Notes under the pieces: model-generated
Database searches by the model: none
What the model was told of the DNA's origin: nothing
What the model saw: the letters and a program-made list of their open reading frames with translations, nothing else
Translations under genes and position numbers: made by a program
In this document: positions 53,226 through 62,503 of the stretch, piece after piece
Position numbering within the stretch: the stretch's first letter is position 1
Layout of the letters: each line of letters opens with the position of its first letter
From: Thermoproteota archaeon
Lineage (GTDB): Archaea > Korarchaeota > Korarchaeia > Korarchaeales > Korarchaeaceae
Assembly: GCA_026986575.1 (NCBI GenBank)
Contig: JALSOH010000011.1
Coordinates: forward strand, 1 to 64,000
Direction: 5' to 3'
DNA: 64,000 nt

Positions 53226-53918
53226 ATACGACTATCGTGGCCGCAATGGCCGGTTCCTGAGACTCAAACCCTGTACATCAAGGTCTCGAACTCGTCGAAG
53301 GGGCATCCCTCAGTTTCCCCTCAGAAACAGGAGAAGCGATGAACCCCCACTGAGGAGGTCGATCAAATAATGAGGCTGATAGAGGAGAGGTTGATGTCTA
53401 GATATAGCAAACTGAGGAGTTTTGGAATAAGATTAGGGGCGGAGCTAGTCTTGGCAACGGTTTCGCTGGAAGGTAAGCCACTCCTCTATCACTTTGATTC
53501 AGTGGGCTTGGCAGATCCCGTTCACTTGGGTTCAAAATACGTGATCCTAGGGCATGGGAGAGTTACCGGTGCACAACTCTTGTTGGAGCTATTGGGCTAC
53601 AAACCGGAGATTGCTGAGTATTATGACATGTCGGTATTCCCAGCATTCATTATAGATCTCGTATCTAGAGTCGATCCAACGGTTTCGCCGTTTCTAGACC
53701 CAGAGAGCTCGATATACATTAGATATAGCGAGGAGGAGAAGAGGGTACTTATGGGACCTCTAAAGATGGAAGAATTCGGGAAGATAAAGAGCACGATAAA
53801 GGACAGGCTAGAGGTCATTAGGAAGGTGTGGCAGTTGGCTGATAATCGCGGTGATAGGTACGTACTCCAATTGCTTGAGAAGGAACTTGAAGAAGATGAT
53901 GAGCAGCCTGAAGGATGA
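53226..53918 (+). pseudogene. Proteasome beta-subunit-like Ntn-hydrolase, N-terminus decayed
   Basis: Remnant TTIVAA at 53228; ORF 53370..53918 AELVLAT…PLLYHFD…YVILGHG…AQLLL. Confidence 0.5.
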
Positions 53919-54069
53919 GGTACCTCAGTTACTCGCTCTGCGGCCTTATCTCCGCTCCTCCTAAGGACTGGATGCTTGATTCCAAAATGTTCGATCCTAT
54001 CCTAGAGCCTTTCACGAACTAATGGAGCAATTTTTGAGTAAAGAGAGCAAGCTCTCCTGATGGAAGGAG

Positions 54070-55266
54070 CTATCGAATGCGACTACTTATGAAACGCTCA
54101 TTATCTTTCTTCCAAGAGCTCCACGCCTCGGGAAAGCTCGTTGAGTTACCATAGAGGTGCTCCCTTCTGAGCACCCCGAGCCCCCTCATAATCCTCGGGT
54201 AGAGGAACATCATGGAAGTGCTTCCCCCAGCAACCGTCTGTAGCCAACTGAAATTACTCCTTCTTGGACCGAAAATTGACTGAAAGGCCTCTAGACAGGC
54301 CTCGAATTCGTCCGGTTTGATTCCGATCTCCTCGGCTATGACTCTAATCTCCCTCTCTCGCTCCTCCTCCCAGATGAAGCCTCCCCAAGACATGAGGAAT
54401 ACTTGGAAGGCCCTAGGCATTATTCTCAGTATCTGATGAGACGGGAGCCTCTTGAGCAGCCATTCATCTAAGTATATACTCACTCTACCAGATACGATCT
54501 CGGATAACGTAAGAAGGGAGAACACCTTGAGCTTGTACTGGAGATAGCTGGCTGCCTGAGTGACTGGATGATGATCTGGATCGCTTACACCAAAATTCCT
54601 CAGCTCCTTGGCGACATTATTCCTCAATGTCCTAATTTCTTCCCTCATCGAGACATCCAGGATAGTCCTTAGACGATCTCTCGGGTCGTACCAGAGGAGT
54701 CTTCCGATGAGCATCCTATGGAGGGTCTTGGTAATCCTCCTATACTTGACCGGGCATTCTCTATCGCAGTTTAGGCAGTCGGGCTTAATACCCTCATCTC
54801 GGCAGGCCATAAGCTCCTTCACTTCATCTCTAAGGGAATCAAGTTCCCTTAACAGATAATGCTCGGTTAGGAACGCCCTCCACCAATGCTCATACAGGAA
54901 GTTCCCCCGCTTAAAGATGTTTGGATTGAGGAAGAATATACGCCTGTTATCGAATTTTTCCGGTGCATTCTTGTGAACTAATAATCCTCTCACTGCGACG
55001 AGATTTTTCTCTCTGAACTTGTCAGACACATACACGACCGTACCGAGTAGATGAAGCGCAGCCTTGTATACCCCATCATTCCCTGCTTTACTACTGACAA
55101 GGAGCCATTTTTCAGGCGCTTCTGACATTTTTATCGCTAATACATCTATATCCGTGTAAAGGGCACCTTCCTCTCGCAATTCAATCCTATTCAAGACAAA
55201 CCATCCTTTATCGGCTAGTTTGCTGGCGATCTTCAACTCTAAATCCAATCCCTTCTCAACTTTCAT
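54070..55266 (-). CDS. Putative PD-(D/E)xK-like nuclease/restriction-type protein
   Basis: N-terminal E…TDIDVLA…LLVSSK pattern; CxxCxxxC-like Cys cluster. Confidence 0.55.
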   Translation of the reverse strand: MKVEKGLDLELKIASKLADKGWFVLNRIELREEGALYTDIDVLAIKMSEAPEKWLLVSSKAGNDGVYKAALHLLGTVVYVSDKFREKNLVAVRGLLVHKNAPEKFDNRRIFFLNPNIFKRGNFLYEHWWRAFLTEHYLLRELDSLRDEVKELMACRDEGIKPDCLNCDRECPVKYRRITKTLHRMLIGRLLWYDPRDRLRTILDVSMREEIRTLRNNVAKELRNFGVSDPDHHPVTQAASYLQYKLKVFSLLTLSEIVSGRVSIYLDEWLLKRLPSHQILRIMPRAFQVFLMSWGGFIWEEEREREIRVIAEEIGIKPDEFEACLEAFQSIFGPRRSNFSWLQTVAGGSTSMMFLYPRIMRGLGVLRREHLYGNSTSFPEAWSSWKKDNERFISSRIR

Positions 55267-55508
55267 CTCGGGGAAGTAGATACAAACTCGAAATAAGAGA
55301 ATCCTCTCTTACTTTTCTACTCCGGTGTGTTTCTCCCGGATAGATTCTCCAATCTGCCACTAATCGTCCGTCTTTATGGAATAAGAAGGTCTTTAGCGAA
55401 CTTTGAACCTTCATAATGGATATAATCAAGGAAATAGATGTAAGAGAACTCATCCATTATTCGCAGAACTCAAGCTGAGACATTCCTCTGAGATACGATT
55501 CCCAGTAG

Positions 55509-56294
55509 TCAAGTGTATTGGCGTCTTCCTCCCAGCATCACGTAACCTGTAAACCAAGCCCCCGCATTGAAGAGTGGGGATTTATCCCCGAACTCCCTGA
55601 CTATCGCACTTCTTATCTCCCAATCCCACTTTCCCCTTTTTACCTCCCCCTCCGGATGTTCTACCATCCCTAACATCTGGGCCACCTTTCTGACCCATGT
55701 GTCCACTGGCTGGAGATACTCGTAATCCCTCACACTTAGCATTGAGCCCCTCAGTTCCTCTTCGAAGTGGAGGTAGAGATCTCTGAGGAACAGCATCGAA
55801 GTCTTGGGACCAACCCCCTTTATCCCGTCTGTCAAACGGCGGCAGACGCAGTCGGTAAGTCCCGACTTGATCATTCGGATGGAGTAATTTACTATGTTCC
55901 AGTCTCCCTGAACCTCCTCCGCCAGGAAAACGAGCGAATCCAAGACGAGGTCGATATCTCTTCTCTTACCCACCTTCCTTCTCTCATCATCTCCTTTTCC
56001 GATATTCTCTTCCAGCTTGGGTCTTAGTGGATCCATCAGATCCATGGGGGTAGCGACTCGTCCTAGCTCCCTGAAAGTATCTTTAAGCAGCTTATTAACA
56101 ACCGAGATTACTCCGAAAGACATCTCGTCCGATCTCCCCTGAAGCAAGACCCTGCTGTAGAAGAACTCCAAGGCTTTCAGCCAATCACTTCGAGCTTCCT
56201 CAATGAAAGCGGCCTCCGGTTTGAGAAGGCACTCCACGTATTTTTCGCCGTTTTCAAGCACCACCTTACGCGATATATTTGGTTCTCCGGCCAT
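55509..56294 (-). CDS. HhH-GPD DNA-glycosylase-like protein
   Basis: IKGVGPKTSMLFLRD (HhH) and QPVDTWVRKVA. Confidence 0.7.
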   Translation of the reverse strand: MAGEPNISRKVVLENGEKYVECLLKPEAAFIEEARSDWLKALEFFYSRVLLQGRSDEMSFGVISVVNKLLKDTFRELGRVATPMDLMDPLRPKLEENIGKGDDERRKVGKRRDIDLVLDSLVFLAEEVQGDWNIVNYSIRMIKSGLTDCVCRRLTDGIKGVGPKTSMLFLRDLYLHFEEELRGSMLSVRDYEYLQPVDTWVRKVAQMLGMVEHPEGEVKRGKWDWEIRSAIVREFGDKSPLFNAGAWFTGYVMLGGRRQYT

Positions 56295-56442
56295 GAGATC
56301 CCCCGCGACGTCATCCCCAGAAGAGTAAAAGTATTTCTAACACACGGTTACCTCTATCGAGATTCTAACCATATGTGATCTTTCGTGAGATAGCAGAGCA
56401 ACATCAAGTTATATTCCCACTATACACCTTCAATATACATGT

Positions 56443-56838
56443 ATGGATAGCGGATTTGTCGAGATTACAGAGAGGAGAGGTAAGGGAACTCGAGGGGGCT
56501 CGTACGTCTACGTAGCTGAGGAGAGCGACAGAAGAGGGACTCTAGTGCATATCGGAGTGTACGCCTTCATGAGAAGAGAATCGGATTTTGAGGATATAAC
56601 CTACTCGGTGCCCGCTAGCTCTCTAAGCGATAAGACTCTCCTTAGATTCTCCTTCTCAGGTAGTATTCTACCTTCCGTTGAGATTGGCAGGATCAAAGGC
56701 ACAGAGTCATTAGAAATAGAATGGGAGCGCTTAACTCCTAGAAAACTGGTTGAGAGGTTTAGAGGGTATAGGTACGAGTTTCACAACGAGGAGCTCAAGA
56801 GGATTATTGAAGAGTTCGAGGAAGAGATGGTCCCATGA
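56443..56838 (+). CDS. Hypothetical protein (possibly truncated)
   Basis: 131-aa ORF with host-like codon usage. Confidence 0.45.
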   Translation: MDSGFVEITERRGKGTRGGSYVYVAEESDRRGTLVHIGVYAFMRRESDFEDITYSVPASSLSDKTLLRFSFSGSILPSVEIGRIKGTESLEIEWERLTPRKLVERFRGYRYEFHNEELKRIIEEFEEEMVP

Positions 56839-57081
56839 TAAAGGATCTCAAAAAGTACGAGGCGAGACTCGGCTTCAGGATCTCCTTCATGGGTCGAAGT
56901 AGAAGGCTGTTATCTCTGACGCTGATTGTGTTGAATTTTTCCGAATAAAGTTGTGACTAGGCATTTCTTTTAAGCTAAAAGCTAAAGCCTTTAAATAGTA
57001 GCTTAAGCTCACCCGGATTCCTTTTTTGTATCCGGATAGATGTTTTAATTTCCTTTCTAAATAATTTTGTGTAGATGGAAT

Positions 57082-57681
57082 ATGGGCTATGGAAGGGAGA
57101 GTAACACAGAGCGTGTCCTTTTAAGTTTAATACTCTTAGCAGTAGGAATACCCCTAGGTATAGGATTAGGGAGGAATTACTTTCCAACTGTAATGACGGA
57201 GACAGTCACCGAGACAGTTACCACACCAACGACCGTGAGCGTTATTGAAAAGCAGCCCATCACGGTAACAGTAACGGAAACCCGGACGGTAACCATCACC
57301 CTGCCTCAGACCAGTCCCTCCTACCTTGGAATGAACAAGTTCACCGTTCTCGATGAAGTGATAAAGGTGAAGGCCCATCACTTCAGTGCATACTCCATTG
57401 AGCCTTTCGATACCGACGTGAGGCTGCGGATTTACATTTCAGTGATCGAGGGAGGCCCCGTAAACTTCTTCGTTGTAGATGAGGAGAACCTCAAACTTCT
57501 GCAGGAAGGTTTCAGCTTTATGTACTACGTGAAGCCCTCTCAGAAATCAATAAGCTCTATTTACACAGTTGAGTGGATTGCTCCAGCCTCTAAGAACCTC
57601 GCGTTCGTTATTGATAATAGCGACAGTAATAGAGATGCTAAAGTGCTTGTCAAGATAGTGGGCTTTCCTTTGGGAGGATAG
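57082..57681 (+). CDS. Membrane-anchored protein with Thr-rich linker and beta-sandwich (GOLD-like) domain
   Basis: TM; TVTETVTT repeats; VNFFVVDEEN…FVIDNS. Confidence 0.7.
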   Translation: MGYGRESNTERVLLSLILLAVGIPLGIGLGRNYFPTVMTETVTETVTTPTTVSVIEKQPITVTVTETRTVTITLPQTSPSYLGMNKFTVLDEVIKVKAHHFSAYSIEPFDTDVRLRIYISVIEGGPVNFFVVDEENLKLLQEGFSFMYYVKPSQKSISSIYTVEWIAPASKNLAFVIDNSDSNRDAKVLVKIVGFPLGG

Positions 57682-57876
57682 TGTTTTACCGAACACTCTC
57701 ATATGTGGAATCCATTCTTTACTGAGCAGCATCAACCCAAGCGACCCCAATTCCTAATGCCAAAGCTATCCACATAACACAATGTCTGTGAAGGGCACGA
57801 TGAGTTATTAAGAGACCCTCAACCTCATAGATGCCCTCTTAACAAGTAAGCCCGCTTTGATGCCAGTTGAACATGA

Positions 57877-60800
57877 TCAAAGAGGAAGAACGTTTGGTTG
57901 ACTTGAGTTCATTCCTCTATGGCGTATAACTTCTACGTAGTGAACTTTTTCGGGCGCGAGTGCAAACGAACATCTCATCCTAAAACTAGCCATAGTTCTG
58001 TTAGTCACTAATAGTAATACCTCCTCACCACCAGAAAGCACATCCTCCACCCTATATTGACTCTTAGCAATTTCCTTAGTGATGGGCACGATTCTAGGAG
58101 ATACTGGTGGAAGTCCAAGTTCTTCTAAGAGATCGAATACGCTATCTTCTAGAGAACCCTTGAAACCGTAGGGCACTCCCACAACGAGCTTGCTAGGAAG
58201 CCTCCCTTCCTTAATCATGCGGAGGACGACCAAGGATGAGAACAGTTGAACGATTTCCTCCTTTTCCGAGATCGTAATGGTAATGCCCCCATCTTTCATC
58301 CTATCGTAAATAGAGAGGACATCACGTCCAATGACCTTTAAGAGGAGTTCCTCTCTTCTTGAGATCATCTCCCGGTAAAGTTCCTCTAGGGAACCTGACA
58401 GATACCTCTCCACAATCCGCCTGGCCAGCTCGTTCCTTTTCTCACTTGGTGTCTTGGAAACCTCGTTGCAGAACCTGTCCATGAGGCTCAACGAGATAAC
58501 CTGCCTGTCCCACTCTTCGAGCACCACGCTCTTGACTAACCCGGGGTCGACATTTTCGCTCAGGTAGTTCACTTGTATGCATTTCACCCTCCTGTCCCCG
58601 AACAATCCATTGTCCCTCACCACGGAGAACTCCCCATCATGTCCCAGTGTCAGGTCAAAGGCCTGTCCATTAACAGCTTCTCGAGGTAAAAGTACGTATC
58701 CATCTCCTAGCTTGAACGCTGGGCGAGGGTCATTTGGAGACATTGCAGCAGCAACTTTTTTGTAGAGTATCTCGTAGTCTAAAACCCCGATTGCGTTCAG
58801 CACTGCTACTGCCCTCTCCACGGAGCTCTCGAGGTCTTCTGGGAAGAGCCCCTCCTTGATCCCTCGTAAGATCTCTTCATGCTTGGATTCTAAGACTTTG
58901 CGTGGAAGAAGAAGCAGTACAGGGACTATTGAACCTTCATCCGCATCCCTCAGCCTATCGTATACTCTAAGGACAAATTCGGGACGAATGAACCCCATTC
59001 GGAGGAGCCACATCCTCCTCTTGAAGTCGTAGTTCTTTGAATACAGCAAGACCGTTCTAGCGTCTGAACCATCTCTGCCAGCTCTCCCAATCTCCTGATA
59101 GTAATCCTCCACACTCTCAGGCATCATGTGATGAATAACCCACCTTATGTTGGGGATATCGACACCCATCCCGAAGGCCTTCGTCGAGACAACTATCCTT
59201 GGAACCATAATGTCTCCCTTACTCACGCTCTCAATGAGATGCAGGATCTCTTTCTTTCTCTCGGCATCCAACTGACCGTGGAAATAAACGACAGGCTCAC
59301 CTAGCTCCCTTTCTAAATATGCTGCTATGGTAGGGGCGTTCTCGTCCCACCTCTTGGATCGAACGAAACTCACGAAGATGAGGCCTATCCACGGTTCACC
59401 CTTGAAAGTGTTATCGGCCCATTCTACAAGCTCTGCTACGACGCTAGCGAGCTTCTTCAGCCTGTATCTGCTAGTTAACCGGATATCGAGGAAGAGGTTA
59501 TCCCTCAGCACGGGCCCTTTGATGACCTCAACCTCGTAGAAGTCCAACCGACCGGTGAAGTCAGCGTCGAATCCTATATCGTCCAACTTGAATGTGGAGG
59601 ATCCGGAGAGCATGTCGATGACATCTTGAAGGCCTTCCCCTGTTATCGTAGCGGTGAATCCTGCCAAGGGGAACCAGAAACCCTTTTCCCTGCGCTTCCT
59701 GAGGTAGCTAGCCAGGAAGGAATAGCTCGGCCGGAAGTTCTTCCACTTGTGCATGGTGTGGATCTCATCTATCACGATGTAGTTGATCTCAGCTCTTTCC
59801 AGCACTTTCCTCACATCGTCCTTCCTCAGCTGCTCCGGCGTTACGTACACCATCTCGAAGGTTCCCAGCTGGAGTCCATGCAAGCATCCACTTCTATCAG
59901 GGGACAAGCTGGATATCTCACAGACCCTGAAGCCCCTCTTTCTCAAGGAGGTGACCTGATCCTTCATTAATGCCAACAGGGGAGATATGACGATGGTGGT
60001 TCCACCTATTCTGTTCTTGAGGAGCCGAGCGACCGTTTGAAATATCAGGGATTTCCCCGATCCCGTCGGGAGAATGATTATCGATAAAGGCTTACTCATT
60101 CGATGGCTAGGGCAGTACGGGGAGAGCAGCCGGGAGATGCACCTCCTCTGATAGGGTCTGATCGTAAACCCCCAATTCCTCTTGACCACTTCTTCCGCTG
60201 CCTTAATGGCTTCGTCGATGGAATCAAATGCGACCAACGGAATTTTGGGGTGAAATTCGTCGTCAGGTTCGACCTCTACGATCTGAGCCCATTTTGAGAG
60301 ATACTCGTCCTCTAACATCTCTGACCAAGAGCTCACCACTGTTAAGTCGGAGCCCGCCAACCAACAGGTTTCCATCAGTCCCTTGAGAAGGTATTCCTGA
60401 TCTGACCCCAGCTTGGCCGAAAGGCCAGCTGAAGAGAAGATAATAACCTCGTAGCCCGTACTGGAGAGCTTATAGGACCCACGAACGAGCTGAGAAACGC
60501 TGGCAGGAGATAGCACGGCCACTGTCATCCTTCTGTGCGAAGAAGCCTTCTCCGCTGCAAGTTTCTCCCTGGAATTCGATACGAATATGGCTTTTCTCCT
60601 CCGGGAAGCCAGCAAGGAGAAGAGGAGGCTCGCGAGATAGTCAACATGCCTGTTCCCCACGTCTAAGCCTTTCTCAACGAAAAAGACCCCTTTACCACCC
60701 CTGCTCGGGCGTACATACTTCACGCCACTGGTAGGGGGCGGAAATGGAGATTCAACAACCACCTCATCAGCGAGCTTCTCGAGCTCCTCGATCACTTCAA

Positions 60801-62067
60801 GGGGGCTGGAACCGTAAGCCCCGAATATCATCCAACCCTTTAGGTATATTCTCTTGAACCTCCTTTGGAGTTCAGGAAGGATGTCGAGGAGGTATTTATG
60901 TTCTACAGCGAACCCATCGCGTGGTATGGGACACTCCTGAGTTCTGGACTTGATCTCCTCGTACAGCGCTCGGCCATACTCGCTGTACGGGCCACCCTTT
61001 CCCGTCAACAAATTGGCGAGCTCTTCCAGCGCTGAGGGATCTCTGCCTCCTCCAGCGGAATAGGAGTATATGGTGACCGCAGCCAGTCCTCTCGCCTGTC
61101 CCTCTGGCCCGACATCATCTGACTCCGGAGCATTGACGACGAAGGGATACCAGCTGATCTCGTACCGACTGGCGTCGGGAACCACGACAAGGCCGTCAGG
61201 TTCGACAGGCTCCCTCTCAAGCGGGTAATTAATCTCCGTGACCGGGACGTCCAGACCCTTCAAACCCATTACCGGTTCGAATGCGCTGGCAATAGCATCC
61301 AGATCCAGCTGCTTCACGGATGCTATCGACAGCAAGTACTGGAGGAGGCGAGCTGAAGCGAAAGCATCCTCTTCCGGTTCATGGGGATCGTATTCTATCC
61401 CGAAAATATTGCACAAGAACTCCAATGAGTGACTAGGCATCTCTGGGAGCACGACGTAGGATAGGGCGAGCGTGTCGATCACGAGCTTCCCAGAGAGGTC
61501 GACACCCCAGTTTGTGAGGATCGAGGTGTCGAATTCGTAAAGATTGTGTCCCACGACACGGTCGAACTTGTCCAGCAACCTAGTGATGAAGTAGTTGGGA
61601 TCGACCCCATATCTCTCCCTGAAGGCGTACAGATCGCCAACCTTAATCCTGAAGATCTCTGACCAGTCGTGCACGGAGAAGACGGACAGTCCTATCTCTC
61701 TAGGTCTCACCTCAACATCTATCTCGGTTTCGATGTCCAACGACAGTATCAGCTGTTCATCCGATTCCAACAGAGCTCTCGAATCGTCCAAACCGAGGGT
61801 CTCCACCACTGCCGCGAACTCCTTAAACTTGGCGAAGAAGAAAAGGACATCAAGGGCCTCCGCTACTAGCTCTTTCCTAAGCAGCGCCAGCGTCCTGCCA
61901 AGAAATCTGTTAGTCAGTATCCGGTAGATTCTGCCAGAATCCCTCTCATCTATGGCATATAGCAGCGATGCTAATGTCCTCTTGAACGCGAAATACGCCA
62001 GCGCTATGCCGACGAAGACCAGCAGGACGAACTCAAGCAACGCGACCACCCACCAACCTAATTCCAT
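57877..62067 (-). CDS. Membrane-anchored DEDDh 3'-5' exonuclease-RecQ helicase fusion (1396 aa)
   Basis: N-terminal TM; LDIET, GHNLYEFD, IDTL, HEPEEDA exonuclease motifs; LPTGSGKS, ISPLLALMKDQV, DEIH, FRPSY, FTAT, AFGMGVD, YYQEIGRAGRDG RecQ motifs. Confidence 0.88.
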   Translation of the reverse strand: MELGWWVVALLEFVLLVFVGIALAYFAFKRTLASLLYAIDERDSGRIYRILTNRFLGRTLALLRKELVAEALDVLFFFAKFKEFAAVVETLGLDDSRALLESDEQLILSLDIETEIDVEVRPREIGLSVFSVHDWSEIFRIKVGDLYAFRERYGVDPNYFITRLLDKFDRVVGHNLYEFDTSILTNWGVDLSGKLVIDTLALSYVVLPEMPSHSLEFLCNIFGIEYDPHEPEEDAFASARLLQYLLSIASVKQLDLDAIASAFEPVMGLKGLDVPVTEINYPLEREPVEPDGLVVVPDASRYEISWYPFVVNAPESDDVGPEGQARGLAAVTIYSYSAGGGRDPSALEELANLLTGKGGPYSEYGRALYEEIKSRTQECPIPRDGFAVEHKYLLDILPELQRRFKRIYLKGWMIFGAYGSSPLEVIEELEKLADEVVVESPFPPPTSGVKYVRPSRGGKGVFFVEKGLDVGNRHVDYLASLLFSLLASRRRKAIFVSNSREKLAAEKASSHRRMTVAVLSPASVSQLVRGSYKLSSTGYEVIIFSSAGLSAKLGSDQEYLLKGLMETCWLAGSDLTVVSSWSEMLEDEYLSKWAQIVEVEPDDEFHPKIPLVAFDSIDEAIKAAEEVVKRNWGFTIRPYQRRCISRLLSPYCPSHRMSKPLSIIILPTGSGKSLIFQTVARLLKNRIGGTTIVISPLLALMKDQVTSLRKRGFRVCEISSLSPDRSGCLHGLQLGTFEMVYVTPEQLRKDDVRKVLERAEINYIVIDEIHTMHKWKNFRPSYSFLASYLRKRREKGFWFPLAGFTATITGEGLQDVIDMLSGSSTFKLDDIGFDADFTGRLDFYEVEVIKGPVLRDNLFLDIRLTSRYRLKKLASVVAELVEWADNTFKGEPWIGLIFVSFVRSKRWDENAPTIAAYLERELGEPVVYFHGQLDAERKKEILHLIESVSKGDIMVPRIVVSTKAFGMGVDIPNIRWVIHHMMPESVEDYYQEIGRAGRDGSDARTVLLYSKNYDFKRRMWLLRMGFIRPEFVLRVYDRLRDADEGSIVPVLLLLPRKVLESKHEEILRGIKEGLFPEDLESSVERAVAVLNAIGVLDYEILYKKVAAAMSPNDPRPAFKLGDGYVLLPREAVNGQAFDLTLGHDGEFSVVRDNGLFGDRRVKCIQVNYLSENVDPGLVKSVVLEEWDRQVISLSLMDRFCNEVSKTPSEKRNELARRIVERYLSGSLEELYREMISRREELLLKVIGRDVLSIYDRMKDGGITITISEKEEIVQLFSSLVVLRMIKEGRLPSKLVVGVPYGFKGSLEDSVFDLLEELGLPPVSPRIVPITKEIAKSQYRVEDVLSGGEEVLLLVTNRTMASFRMRCSFALAPEKVHYVEVIRHRGMNSSQPNVLPL

Positions 62068-62503
62068 ACTTAAGCGCTAGGACTCTACCGACCGGAAATC
62101 GGGAGAAGCGAGCACTCAGAACATAGAACGAAATTTTTCTGCGAGAATCTCGAACCTTTGGTTGAAACGAGAACTCCATCACGAAGATTGAGCTATCCTC
62201 GGTGATCAACCTCCTCAATAAAACCCCGCCCACCTCTAACAGACGAGCGACTTCCATCTTGGAGACGGATAATGCGCAGGTGAAGGAGAACACATTGCCA
62301 ATCCCCGAGAGATCACCCCGCGCTGTAGGACAGGACACCCTTATTATCCTGTTATCCCGAAATTTCTCAGGAGTGCTTCACTTTGAAAGGAGCGTACAGT
62401 AAAATCTCTTCCAGCAACCATCCTGATTGAAGTATTCCTTAGCAGAGTGGAAAACTTCCACCCTTCACTTATAAACAAAAAGTTTTCGATCGAACAGATC
62501 AGC

